Below are positions 11,975 through 24,494 of a DNA stretch of 64,000 bases, in pieces. Positions within the stretch are counted from its first letter, which is position 1. Each line of letters starts with the position of its first letter. Source of the stretch: Asterias rubens (Eukaryota). Below the pieces are notes generated by a model that did no database searches, was not told the DNA's origin, and was given only the letters and a program-made list of their open reading frames with translations. Made by a program: the position numbers and the translations under genes. Location: contig NC_047065.1 of NCBI RefSeq assembly GCF_902459465.1, positions 20,460,001 through 20,524,000 of the forward strand, given 5' to 3'.

Positions 11975-12407
11975 CTCAGGTCATACATAGTTTTAAGCTC
12001 ATATAGGCCTAAAGAGACAAATAAAAATAGTAACATGTAGCTGGGGTCATGGCATAGTGGATCAAGGCCAATGTACATCAACAATGTACCTGCAGGATAC
12101 ACTTTACAGTACATAAATCTCATTTAATGTGCTACAGCTGTTGACTCAGAACATTACGAGACAGTTGAATGATTATAATGTGCACAATTCAGACACATCA
12201 ACAAGTGCCACATGATTGTTTTGATTCAAAGTTTGCTAGTTAACACTGCATGATAAAGATGTACCTTTTTAATTTTTCAAAAGCACCTTTTCAAAACAAG
12301 ATATTATATTCCTCGATGCTTTTCTGTAGTTTTTAACAAATCTGTTTTTATAAAACTCTGTATTTTTAACTCAATTCAGCCTTTGGCTACAAAGTTTGAA
12401 TGTTTTT

Positions 12408-12441
<34 letters not shown>

Positions 12442-12499
12442 ACATTTATTTCCAAAAATAATAATAATTTAATCTCTGAAGGGTTGCTGATTGGATTTT

Positions 12500-12728
12500 T
12501 GGCACCTTAACCCTTAGTGTGCTGGGTTTTTGAATGTCCATTGCACAAGACACAGGACCAACTACTTTACATCCCATCCAAAGAATGAACCAATTATGGA
12601 CAAGTGCCTACTGATGTTGCTTTTAAAGGACACAAAATGTCAAGACCAAGACTCAAACTCACACCCTGCTGGTCAGTCAGAAACACCAGAGCCTGAGTCC
12701 AGTGTGCTTGACCGATCAGCCACGACAC
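12500..12728 (-). mobile_element. Family J SINE, diverged
   Basis: catcccatccaaag, cagaaacaccagagcctgagtcc, cagccacgacac shared with the 3901-4186 copy. Confidence 0.8.
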
Positions 12729-13044
12729 ATCACTACAGACTGATCAACTGAAATAATCAATGCCATCTAACAAGTAGTCTAAGTCTAAACCACTGAATTA
12801 TAAACAAGTTTGTTCCTCGCTCCTCAAATTTTTAGTTTTGTGGAAAGTTTTTCGAGACATTAGAATGATAGATATATCAATTAATAGTGGTAGTACAAAG
12901 ATTGCATGAGCTTAGTTATTGTACATTTGGTTTAAGGTAACGCCATGTATAATACATCTACTTAACTTTAGGCCTAGATTTTGTTCTTTGAGAACTTGTC
13001 TTCCAATTTATTCTACTGTCATGGATAAGATTTCAGGAGACTAC

Positions 13045-13428
13045 TTACAGGCAGTGGACACTATTGGTAATTACTCAAAACAGTTATTGGCATAAAACCT
13101 TACTTGGTGACGAGTAATGGGGAGAGGTTGATGGTATAAAACATTGTGAGAAACGGCTCCCTCTGAAGTGCCATAGTTTTCGAGAAAGAAGTAATTTTCC
13201 ACGAATTTGATTTTGAGACCTCAGATTTAGAACTTGAGGTCTCAAAATCAACCGTCTAAACGCACACAACTTCATGTGACAAGGGTGTTTTTTTTCTTTC
13301 ACTATTATCTCGCAACTTCGATGACCGATTGAGCTCAAATTTTCACAGGTTATTTTATGTATATGATGAGATACACCAAGTGAGAAGACTGGTCTTTGAC
13401 AATTACCAATAGTGTCCACTGTCTTTAA
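13045..13428. mobile_element. Family A MITE, full length
   Basis: ttac|aggcagtggacactattgg ... ccaatagtgtccactgtct|ttaa; opposite orientation to 10982. Confidence 0.93.
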
Positions 13429-13654
13429 TTCTTACAAGAACTGCTTATTAACTACTACCTGGGCGAAAGGTAGGAAATGGGCCGAGACATACAACTTCCG
13501 TGTAGGAGGGGACTTCTCATCATAAAGAAGTAGTTGTTGCTACAACAAGAGCTCGTAAAGGTCTGTGAGTTCTGTAAGTATTAAAGTGCTACCTCTGAAG
13601 CCTGTTATAATTAGCTTGGAATATTCATGGATCCTACAGAAGGAGATTATATTA

Positions 13655-13823
13655 CAGGCCTGTATGTTTCGTATTTGAAAGAGTAAGGGCACCCAGGCAT
13701 TTTCTCTGTGGGATAGGGCACTCTATGAGTAAATTTCTACTGTAGCATTTCAAGGGCACCAAGGCAAAGACCAGGGGGCATGGAGGCAATTGTCTTTGTT
13801 GCCTCCGTGAAGCAACAGACCTG
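13655..13823. mobile_element. Family H short element (CAGGCCTG ends)
   Basis: caggcctgtatgtttcg...aagggcaccaaggca...ttgcctccgtgaag..cagacctg. Confidence 0.85.
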
Positions 13824-14350
13824 TTAAATGCAAAGAATCAAGCAAAATCAGGGTATTGTATTAGTTGTAGAAAATGTGCGGTCAAAATAGACTTAAAAAC
13901 TAACCAATAGGCCATTAATGCTGGAGACATTGAACATGTATTTTAGATGAACTTGTCACAATTCTGGTTACATCATGACTTATTAAACAACCTTCACCCT
14001 CAACAGTAACTACACATGGTTTGTCGGTTACAAATTACTGACCGTAATTGGCTAATGAGGGGGATATCGTTGAAGAGGGATGGGCAGGCAAGCATACAGC
14101 TAGTGTGAATTTTTAATGGGGGTCTATTTTCTTTAGTTGCATCATTCTTTGTATTTAACCCTTCTAGTGTGAACATTGAGAATTAACCTCACAACCCCCC
14201 CCCCCTCCCTGACCTTGAGCAATTTTCACACTTGCTGCAGACATCCATTGTCCCTAACGTCCAGGAAAGAAAGGTTGCTCGAAGGTAAAGGGAATGTTCC
14301 ACCAGGTTTGGTTCACTCATTGGTCATTTAACCCAGAGCTCCCAGGTCAA

Positions 14351-14601
14351 AATTCCAGTTGAACCTAGTTAACTGGGGTCAACTGGTTCAACTGGAAAGT
14401 GACAAAACTCGTCCATTTTCCATATTAACCAACTGGTTTGGACTAGGTTTAACTGTGTTCAACTAGGTTGAAATTATAAACTAGTTGGTTTCTGTCCATT
14501 TTCCATATTAAACCAACTGGTTTTAACTGTGTTTAACTAGTTTATCAACTGGTTTCAACTAGTTCCAGTTAAACCCAGTTTAACTAGGTTCAACTGGAAT
14601 T
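14351..14601. mobile_element. Foldback-like element with perfect 20-bp TIRs and internal AACTGG/AACTAG repeats
   Basis: aattccagttgaacctagtt / aactaggttcaactggaatt; internal duplicate gtccattttccatatt at 14411 and 14494. Confidence 0.8.
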
Positions 14602-15804
14602 TCGCCAACATTTGCATCTTGCAACCAAGGAGATTTTATACAACCTATAGGGAGATATTTAGGACACCAATTAGTACCATAAAAGGAATATATTGCCATA
14701 ATCAGGTAATAATGGGTCACATACTGTTGTTATTTTCACAATTCTTGATTTTGTGTGCTATTGAGGGGTGGGTGATCTTATGAACATTAACATGTAAGTA
14801 CACTGCTAAAATGGTTCACCTGAAGTAAGAAACCAATCGTATTACACCAACAAGTTTTCTTTAGAGATTAACACAAGAAATTTTTTCTTGAAATTAGATT
14901 TTTACATGTTTCAAGAATATCACTTTCAGCATTCCTGTCAAGAAATACTCTGGAATGTACAAGGTCACCCTTTTACAAATAAGCTTGTGCCATGGTCTAT
15001 ACCAAGGAGGAATACTCTCATTTGCCTAACACAACTTCTCAACAAAAAGAAACTGCCACTGCCAGCATGACCATTCCAGGCCACACGTCCAGACCACATG
15101 TGGTCACAGGGAGAGTCCCAGCAGGTCAAGTCCAGCTGTTCCAGTGGGCTACATGTTGCTCTTCATCATTGACCTCAGACCAAGGACTCTGACCTGATGG
15201 TCAGTCCCACATGAATAGTTAGTGCATTCTACAGACAGGGCAGTCTACATGTAAACTCTGCCCTAATATGTGGCCTGGCCTTGAATTTCGTTCTTTGAGG
15301 GAAACATCAGCAATTTTCCTATAGTAAAGGGGCACTTCTATGAGGACAAATTGCACTTACATTGGATTTTGCAAGGGGCACCACAACAGAAGCACAAGGC
15401 ACCACAGCAATTCCCCCACCCCCTCCCCCAAAAAGACACTCTTTTACTCTTGTTGTATAGCCTTGATCGAGGAGCTCCAGCCGGCCACGACTGGCATAAT
15501 CCCCCACATGACCGTACTCACAACTTCGCTATGTACTGTATACAATGTTTACGTTGTTCGTGTATGCATTGCATGCAGTTGATGCCGAATCGTGCCGCAC
15601 CGGGCCGGGGCACAGTACGCCAACAGCCTTGAATAGAGGCTACTTGTAGTACAGAAGTCTTCCCCAAAATCCTCTTAAGAATCTGGACATCCCCAGAACA
15701 AACGTTCTCCCCTAAAGCCTGTCAGGCATTCTGGTCCCAAATATTGGAAGTTTGGCCAAAGGATGCTGAATTGAAATAAGGTCTTCTACTTGGTGTTCTT
15801 CGTT

Positions 15805-16163
15805 TTAAAGGCAGTGGACACTATTGGTAATTACTAAAAATAATTATCAGCATAAAACCTCACTTGGTAACGAGTAATGGGTAGAGGTTGGTAGTATAAA
15901 ACCTTGTGAGAAACGGCTCCCTCTTAAGTGACGTAGTTTTCGAGAAAGAAGTAATTTTCCACGAATTTGATTTCGAGACCTCAAGTTTAGAATTTGAGGT
16001 CTCAAAATCAAGCATCTGAAAGCACACAACTTCGTGTGACAAGGGTGTTCACTCCGATGACCAATCGTGCTCAAATTTTCACAGGTTTGTTATTTAATGC
16101 ATATGATACACCAAGTGAGAAGACTGGATTTTGACAATTACCAATAGTGTCCATTGTCTTTAA
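15805..16163. mobile_element. Family A MITE, full length
   Basis: TTAA-flanked TIRs and central palindrome gatttcgagacctc...gaggtctcaaaatc. Confidence 0.93.
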
Positions 16164-16262
16164 ATGCCCTAATGGGCATTCTGGAGCATTAAAGATGGTT
16201 TTATCTTGATGATTTTTGTGAAAATAGGTGTTGGTTTGTCTTTGTATCTGGCCTAAATGTCC

Positions 16263-16519
16263 GCATATCGGCCAAAGTTTTGGCGTATCGGCCAAAGTTT
16301 TGGCGTATCGGCCATGTTTTGGCGTATCGGCCAAAGTTTGGGCGTATCGGCCAAAGTTTGGGCATATCGGCCAAAGTTTGGGCATATCGGCCAAAGTTTG
16401 GGCGTATCGGCCAAAGTTTGGGCGTATCGGCCAAAGTTTGGGCATATCGGCCAAAGTTTGGGCATATCGGCCAAAGTTTGGGCATATCGGCCAAAGTTTG
16501 GCGTATCGGCCAAAGTTTG
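16263..16519. repeat. 20-bp minisatellite, 13 units
   Basis: Unit ggc(g/a)tatcggccaaagttt(g/t); accounts for all six overlapping ORFs at 16071-16613. Confidence 0.97.
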
Positions 16520-17654
16520 CGAGCTCAGCCTGATATGCTACAGCTTATGCACGGAGAGGACCCTTCTGAAGACAAAAAAGAAACATTATGAGTCTAATCT
16601 GATTACAAGTTAAATATAGAGAGATGTAAACTAGTTTCTTTCTGAGTTTAAGAGAAGCTACATAGTTACCCTTTTCCAAATTATCGGGATGACCAACGGT
16701 TCATCAGTAAATAATAAGTAAAAGTTCAGTATTTTGGATATAAAATTCTCAGCAGCGGGCTACAGATGATCTAGCAAATGTACCAGTAAGTGTCATGTAT
16801 GCGTACATGAACAGAGAATTGCACGAAAAGCACATTGATTAGACACAAATGACACGCCAGAAGGACTTAATGTCAAGTCTAGTTTAAGTGCAAGGACCCC
16901 TCTCGGCTGATAAGAGCAAAGGCTAAAGTTCAAAACACGCACACATTTGTTCTTTCTTGCTACGTACTATAATAACAAGAGCACTCACACTCGATAGTGA
17001 CACTCATTCATTGTAAACTAGTCTTTTTTATTTTCAGAGAAGAACACATGTGGGGTAAAGGGGTCCACCCCCATCAATGGTATGCTAAGTGTCAATTTCT
17101 TATACACAGCATAAAATAACATGGGAAAAATCTCCAATTATATTAACATAGAAAACAGCTGCCGAATGGGAAAACGATACACCGAAGTCGGCCGAACGTA
17201 AATTGCATTATTGTTGAATGTCACTGGTATCAGCCAGTAAAACGGACGGGGACGAGAAAACTTGATAACAACAATCATTCACTAAATACGATGCTACAAA
17301 GACAAGTTCAATTACAAGACGAAGACATACATGAAGCAGAATTTCTCCTTCTTCTTCTCTGTCTCCCTCCCCTCCGTCTCGCTCCCTCCTCGTCTCTCTT
17401 TACGGCTGAAGACTACGTGGGGATACGTTACGCTCTTGGATCATATTTCCACATCTCTACATCTTCACAATGAAAGATGAGTTTCCAGAATAATGAAATT
17501 GGAGGTGGCGTGCACATCGGTACATGTATAGAGACACATGATATGGTTTGGAATGAGAACCATTCAAGGGAAATGGTGTCATCAGACACCAGCAGACGAT
17601 CGCTCCCCATTCCAGTCTTCCAAACCTACCCCCCCCCCCAAACACTCCCCCCCC

Positions 17655-17925
17655 CCCCCATTTTATTCTAAAAGAGGAATATTTTGGTGATAATAAGGCT
17701 GGGCACTTTACATGAATCCTCACATGTACGGCATAACAAAAGATCCTACCTCCACCCCCACTTTTTTTATTCTAAAAGAGAAGTTTGTTTTGTATTAATA
17801 AGTTAATAAGGGTGGGCGCTTTACACAAAGCCTTAAAACTAGAGCCCCAAACCCCATTTTTATTCTAAACGAGGAGTATTTTATTAATAATAAGGGTGGG
17901 TGTTTTACACAAATCCATGTATACA
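17655..17925. repeat. Three degenerate tandem copies of an approximately 95-100 bp unit
   Basis: ccca(t)ttttattctaaa(a/c)gag...aataagg(c/g)tggg...tttaca repeated three times. Confidence 0.75.
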
Positions 17926-17965
17926 ACAAAGGAAAGAGAACACTAAACAATAGCTATGTTTTAAC

Positions 17966-18028
17966 AACGACGACGACGACGACGACGACGACGGTGGTGG
18001 CGGCGGCGGAGGCGACGACGACGACGAC

Positions 18029-18069
<41 letters not shown>

Positions 18070-18101
18070 CAATAATAATAATAATAATAAGAATAATAAT
18101 A
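17966..18101. repeat. Compound trinucleotide microsatellite (GAC)n(GGC)n(GAC)n(AAT)n
   Basis: Read directly from the sequence. Confidence 0.97.
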
Positions 18102-18598
18102 CTAAAAAAGGGGGAAACAACCAACAAGTAAAAATATCAATTACAAATTAAAGCCTAGGCCTTTCCTAAAAAACATAATCCTGTTGCCAAATATCTGGGC
18201 AGTCGCTGACCTACTTATTCCTCTTTTAAAAGAGTAACTTTGAAACGAGGTGCAAAAAGAAAGAGACGTTACAGACAAAAATGCCTCTGACATAAAACAC
18301 ACAATGCTTCTAACCAGAGTGAAAGCATCTTATTTAGGGCACAGACACATGCCACACACAGACCTCAAATAATAGATACAAAAAATCATAGCTTCTCGGC
18401 CTAAATATTATGCAAAGCGAAGATGTGAATGATAGCATCCATTGTTAGCATGCATCTCTATTGTCCGGGGGAAATAGGCTTGTATCCCTAAGCCTGCACA
18501 TTTCATATGCAAATATACCACACAGCAAACTGTCTGTCCTGCCTGATCGCATTTGAGAATTGAATTGTCATGTCAGATAGAGAGAGAGCCAGGGTCCT

Positions 18599-18962
18599 TT
18601 AAAGGATTCGGGTACTTCTTCAACATGTCCATAGATTTACGTTAAACTTACAGGCTTTGAAGATAATGATAGTGGAAAGCTTCCCTTCAAATCTTACTAA
18701 CTGAGGTGCTGTAGTTTTTGAGAAATGAGTAAAACAATGTTATGAAAATACGTTCGTAAATGCTTAAAATAATTTTGGTCTCATACGAGACCAAAATTAT
18801 TTTCATGACATTGTTTTACTCATTACCCAAAAACTACAGCACCTCAGCACGTAATATTTTCAGGGCAGCTTTCTACTATCATTATCTTCAAACTGTGTAA
18901 GTTTAGTGTAAGTCTGTGGACATCGTGTTTTTTGTCCTACAAAAAGTACGTACACCCTTTAA
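18599..18962. mobile_element. Family C near-palindromic TTAA-flanked MITE
   Basis: ttaa|aggattcgggtac ... gtacgtacaccct|ttaa; arms inverted over most of the length around the centre aaaataattttggtctcatacgagaccaaaattatttt. Confidence 0.92.
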
Positions 18963-20283
18963 TACAGATAGTTTGATGAATCAATGCGGGTATTAACAAC
19001 GAAGCGTACATAGCCAGCTTTTGGAGGTTTCTGCATGGAGGAGACTCACGCTTCTATGTGATTTGCCATGTGGGTATACATCGTCTCACATCAGTGTGGG
19101 ATTTATCTGATATGCATCTTACGAGAACTGTGTTGGTATTGTCTAGGTTTTGCCGGTTCTACTCGGGCGACTAAATAAAATAAAACAATGGAGGGAGGAT
19201 AAGGAAAATCATTTGAAACTGAGAATGAACGGACCTTAATGCATTGACGTCAGCATGCCTCCATCTTAGATGCAAACAGGTGATGAAACAATGGAAATGT
19301 GCAGAATTGTACGCATGGCGGTGCAACCTTAGTTTGACCTTTAGGTGAGGGCATGAGGGATATCAATAATATAATATTACAACAAACAGGTTTTGTTAAA
19401 ATTGGAGTCCTGCTCGTGGTACCCAGTCATCATATATCCATATCTGATTTTAATCTTGCGAAACTACGATGCACGTCATGAACACCCAATATATAAATCG
19501 TTTAAATTAACTACATGTTGTAAAGGGTCTACACTTCATCCCCACTCTCCAGTTTTCATAGATATTTCATAAAAATGACTTGTAAAAGAAATTCCATCTA
19601 AAAATACTCACTTTTTACGCTACATTAAGAAAAGAAACATAATTTGTGGTTGAAAATAGCAATGCAAAGCATAATGTACAAATATTAAATAACAAAATAT
19701 ATTTCTCCCCAGCACTTGGAGACAAAAAAACAAGAAAAAAACCCACTGTCCTTCCTAGAACAGGCATTCTAACACCACCCAAAAATAATTATAATAGGGA
19801 TAAAAGATTGTATGCCTACGATCCTCTGATGTTCAAAAATAACAAATCAAGCATGGATGTAACCCTCCCATTTGCCGTCCAGACCTGTAATCATGTGTAC
19901 ACAGCCAGCAAACTGGGCACCCATAACAAGATTCAGTCTATCATCGAGACCCTTCCCCCTTCCCCCTTTCCCCCACCGCTTCCTTTTTACATTCCCTTCT
20001 CCCCTCCTTTTTATTCGCATTCAGTGAAGACGAGTGTCAATGAAAGAATTGAAAATGACAGAGTAAACAGCACAGCATAAATCCCATTTCGCCTTCGATG
20101 AGAAGTACAGTTCCAAAGTGCAAATCCATGTGCTGTGAACATTTACATGAGCACATCATGGTAGATTTTGTTCTGGGCTCTTGTTGTGTTCATGTGTGAC
20201 TGCCCCCCCCCCCCCCCGACAGTCTTTACTCATTTCAATCATTCAAAATGTCAGAGATACAAAGCAAAAACACAGGCTCAGTT

Positions 20284-20543
20284 TTAAAGGTAAATTGTAC
20301 ATTTGGAACCGTTTGATTGTTTCAACCCTACAGAAATGTAGGTATACAATAAAACTAACCTGTGGAACTTTTATTTCAAAGGTGGTCTCGTTTTTGAGAT
20401 ATTGCAGAAAAATTTGAAGCAGTTACACAAATGTCCCCACAAGAAGAAGAATCCGTATATGGAACACACAATCTGAGAAACGTACGTTATCTGCGCAAAA
20501 ATGGTACGCACTTCGATTCGTTTTTCCCGGGGAGAGATGCACA
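20284..20543. mobile_element. Possible older TTAA-AGG element carrying a Y-like arm, interrupted by the family E insertion
   Basis: ttaa|aggtaaattg start; acaataaaactaacctgtggaactttt resembles ataaaataacaaacctgtgaaaattt. Confidence 0.4.
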
Positions 20544-21054
20544 TTAAAGTCACCTGGAAGTGGTATTTTTTCAAAATAAAGCTTTTGTCACTAATATATG
20601 TGTTTTGATGAGTGGAATGTGAATAAACAGTTAACTAAGGTTTTAAAAAATCAGTTCTTATGTTATTTACAAATTTAAGAGTAGACCCCGACCCGAGAGG
20701 GCGCTGTTAGTGACGTCAATCGAGGCAGACTTTGCCTGTAATGCGTAGAGTAAACACAATTGCAAAGTACATGTACGGACCAAGTCATGAGTTTGTACGT
20801 TTCCCAAAAAAAATTTTTTTTGTTTTTTTCCGGCAATGCCGACCAGGTGTATTGCTGCTGAATGCAGAAAAACAAAGTCTGCCTCGATTTACGTCACAAA
20901 AGGGGTAGGCGGAGTCAGCCCCCCAAACAACTTTATATATTTTTTTAACATATAAATCGTGACAAACAATTACTAAAAAAAATTGTTTTATTGTTCGTAA
21001 GCATATACTCTTATGTTTGAAAGAAAAAAAAATTATATTTCCCGGTGACTTTAA
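20544..21054. mobile_element. Family E TTAA-flanked non-autonomous element with internal inverted repeat
   Basis: ttaa|agtcacctggaa ... ttcccggtgact|ttaa; internal IR tgacgtcaatcgaggcagactttg (20711-20734) / caaagtctgcctcgatttacgtca (20873-20896); empty site would be palindromic acattaatgt. Confidence 0.88.
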
Positions 21055-21505
21055 TGTAGCAGAAAATCATACCTCATTATTTTCTTTAGCTGATGATCAG
21101 CTAACTGACTAATATGTTATGACACCTGAAACTTCTTACAATACAGAAAACACACATCTACATAAACTAACGTTAACATAAACACAGCTCTGTGTCCAAA
21201 CTCCCAATCACTCTGTGGACATCCCTGTAGGAAAAGCCTATTCCTCAACCCTATAAAAAAAAACACTGCATGGATGGTGTCAAGTCCACATAGTGTTTCA
21301 AGTCCCTTCATTATGTGGACCTCTTTTATTCTCAGGTCCAGTCTTAAAACACACTACATCGCACACACAATAGAAACAACCTAGAAGTTACCCTTTAAAC
21401 AGGCGTCATACATTAACAAAACAAAGCACAAACCCAACCAGCAAAACGCATCTAATGTTGCGTGTCAGCTTACACATTTTTATTATGTACATTTCCTTAC
21501 TTTGC

Positions 21506-21536
<31 letters not shown>

Positions 21537-21614
21537 AGAAAAAAAAATCTTCAGATTTGGTTTGATTGACGCAGCGGCGAAGGGAAGAAAGACGCCCTGG
21601 GCGTCGGCGGAGGA

Positions 21615-21683
21615 AATTACCTGGCTCTCTCACCATAAGGTCTCAAGAATTACCTGGCTCTCTCACCATAAGGTCTCAAGAAT
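21615..21683. repeat. 33-bp tandem duplication
   Basis: aattacctggctctctcaccataaggtctcaag x2. Confidence 0.92.
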
Positions 21684-23621
21684 CCATGGGACTGATGGAG
21701 GCTAGCTTTGCATATTAGATGATGACTCTGATTAGGGAACCCACCTCTTCCTAGTGAGTGGATTAGTGAATAATGACTAACATATGACTGCACTCTTCTC
21801 TCGTTTTGTAAGTGTAGTAATTTTTTTCTTCTATTCTGACGTCTCGTCATTGGGAGGCAGATTTTTTTCTTTCTTGATGTAACACGATGATTGCTGAAAA
21901 TGTTAATGTTTGGGAGTTGGTTTTTTTTTTATTACTTGGAATACCAGATTTTCAAAGCTTGCTTTTAAAACATTAAAACAAATTCAGTTTTGAAAGTTGA
22001 TTGAGAATAATATTTCAAAACTGTTACTGTAAGTATAAAGTTTGACATACATTAAAAGGTTTTTTGAGGTTTTTTTTGGGGGGGGGGGGGTATTGCATTT
22101 CCCTCTCCTTTTTGAACCAAATACGAGAGCCTGTCCCTGTCAGGTATTTTTTTTAGAAGAAATTGTGAGAAGTTTTGCTTAAAAAAGGGAAGTTGATATA
22201 TTTCTCTTTACAAGAAACCAATATCTTAAAGCTGCTGCACATTTGCTGGTCGCATGTGCTTGTTGAGCAGTTACCCATTTATACTAGGCAAACATTTCTG
22301 AGCTAATAGCAAACCTGTGCACTCAGTAGCTTTATGGCTCAACAGTACAATATATAATTAAACAAATCAGAGTTCTCCCGAAGCACAAGCTAGTGCCTCA
22401 GCCCAATACAAGCAAGTTGTGCAACCTCACTTTATACATTTGTACTTTGCATACATTCTTTTACACTATTCATAATGTTATTATGCCACCAACTAGTACC
22501 TGGTTGGAAATCAAATTGGAGATTTGCTACTTTTAGAAGGAACTCAGTAATATTTAGTTTTTTTTATTTTACGTACTGATCGCTTGGATATTTTTCACCT
22601 TTCTTTTTAAGGACCTTGAGTTCCCATGCTACTGTTTCACTTCATAGATTCTGGAGTTCCCATGGTTCTACTTTAGACTTCATAACCCAGACAGTGATCT
22701 AGTTATACAGATTATTAGAATCAATTCCAAATCATAACAAAGAACCAGCCACTTTGAACTGCACTCCACTGGCCCGACCTTAACTGACCTGTTTGCCAAC
22801 TCAAGTGACCTTTTGACTTAGAGGTCAAGTGGTATGCGACAGCTCAAAACAACAATGAGCAGTCACACTCCCAGAGAACTATGCGATCAGTTTGTTCCCT
22901 CGGCTCACAAGGGGATAGGGCTGGTTGCTTATCCTAACAACAACACAAACAGCCTAGTTAGGCTGTTCAGACCTGACTAGGAATCCGAAATCACTGGCTG
23001 ACCTGGCTTTTTACAGGAGCTATACGTAGCATTTAAAAAGCCTGAGGCCTATTAGACTAGCTGGTTACCTAGTTACCAACTAGGATGTACCCGATATTCG
23101 CCCGAGGGGGAAAAGAAAAAAATAAGGCCAATGGAATATGTGTGAAGAGATGGAATGGAAACTTGGGGAAAGTACAAATACGCTTGCAATCAGAGGTGGC
23201 CTCCGAGACAAACTAACTGGCTAGGTGAGTCAGAGAATGCTAGGGAGAGCCCGGGGCTAGACCAATGGACGTGTCTTGTTGCGTACTCCAGCTGTCCAGA
23301 ATGATCACTCAGCCATCTAGTCTAAAGACGCTTTGGGCTTCACTGGTTCTCCACGTTCTTTACACACCTGAATACCACTTAACAGACTACCAGCCAAGTG
23401 TACTTTTTGTTCTCTTCTTTCGTTTCCTTTCTTGACGATGTGTTAAAGATCCATTACTTCCCACAAAACACCACAATAGGAGAACGTCTAGTGACAGAAT
23501 CAGGGCATTATACATCAGAGCTGATTAAGCCCTCAAAAAAGTGCCTTCAAAACTCATTAGCTGGGCAGAATTTAGGCGGGGCACCAGTAAAAAGAAACAT
23601 CTATCATTGGTTGGTGAACAG

Positions 23622-23996
23622 TAAAAGGAACACGTTGCCTTGGATCGGTCGTATTGGTCTTTGAAAAGCGTTTGTAACCGTTTGTTATAAAATGCATATG
23701 TTTTAAAAGTAGAATATAATGATCCACACAAAGTATCACTCAAAATTGCAGGGTTTTCCTTTTACCTAGTCGACTGACTAACTAGGTAGGCCAATTATGG
23801 CAGTCAAATTTTTGACTCCCGAACGTGTTAGTTAGCAATGTAAAAGGAAAACCACGCAATTTCACGGCAAATTTGTGTGGATCATTGTGTTCTACTTTTA
23901 AAACGCATTTCTAACCATTTTTATATGCATTTTATAACAAACGGTTACAAACGCTATTCGCAGACCAACTCGATCCAAGGCAACGTGTTCCTTTAA
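23622..23996. mobile_element. Family F long-TIR MITE (AGGAAC termini)
   Basis: taaa|aggaacacgttgccttggatcg ... cgatccaaggcaacgtgttcct|ttaa; inverted arms cover most of the element. Confidence 0.92.
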
Positions 23997-24227
23997 TGAT
24001 ACACAACTTTCTTTCAAGGCTCTATTTGTAATTCTGTTTAGGTATTGTTGTTTTTTATTTACTTATTTGGCTATTTATTTATTGATTTATTGGTGTTTGT
24101 TGGTTTTTATTGGTACCACTGTAACAACAGATCAACAGTTTGGAGGTTATAGATTACCATATGGTGTCGGAATTTGTTTACAGAAATGAACGACTCTTGT
24201 ATTAGTAAATCAAACAATTTAGTATCT

Positions 24228-24490
24228 CATACACCAGTGTATATCCAGTACTGTGTACTGAGTATATACTTCCCTGAGTTATGTGAAACTGATTCACAGG
24301 TGAATCACTCGGGTGGGATTGGAACCTTTGACCTTTGCATTGCTAGAGCAGATGTCTTACCACTAGACCACTAAGTATGCCCAATGGCTAGGCAGTTCAA
24401 ATCCTTACCAGGAGGTATAGCAACTGCCTGTTGATTGTTTTCACAGATAACTTGGGAAAGTACTGAGTATGTCCAGTGCATAACACATGT
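24228..24490. mobile_element. Family I inverted (back-to-back) dimer, diverged
   Basis: Left part reads tail-body-tRNA on the minus strand; from about 24410 the body/tail repeats on the plus strand (ttttcacagataacttgggaaagtactgagtat). Confidence 0.7.
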
Positions 24491-24494
24491 TGAT

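Noticed and set aside
16263-16519. Possible CRISPR-like array
   Set aside because: Units are contiguous with no unique spacers; no cas genes; eukaryotic context.
16071-16613. Six overlapping 86-127 aa ORFs
   Set aside because: All are translations of the 20-bp minisatellite, which lacks stop codons.
17905-18120. Poly-Leu/Ser/Pro ORF
   Set aside because: Artefact of the compound microsatellite.
19646-20080. 144-aa ORF; also the 146-aa ORF at 54477-54917
   Set aside because: Low-complexity or antisense-like composition spanning pyrimidine tracts; no domain signature.
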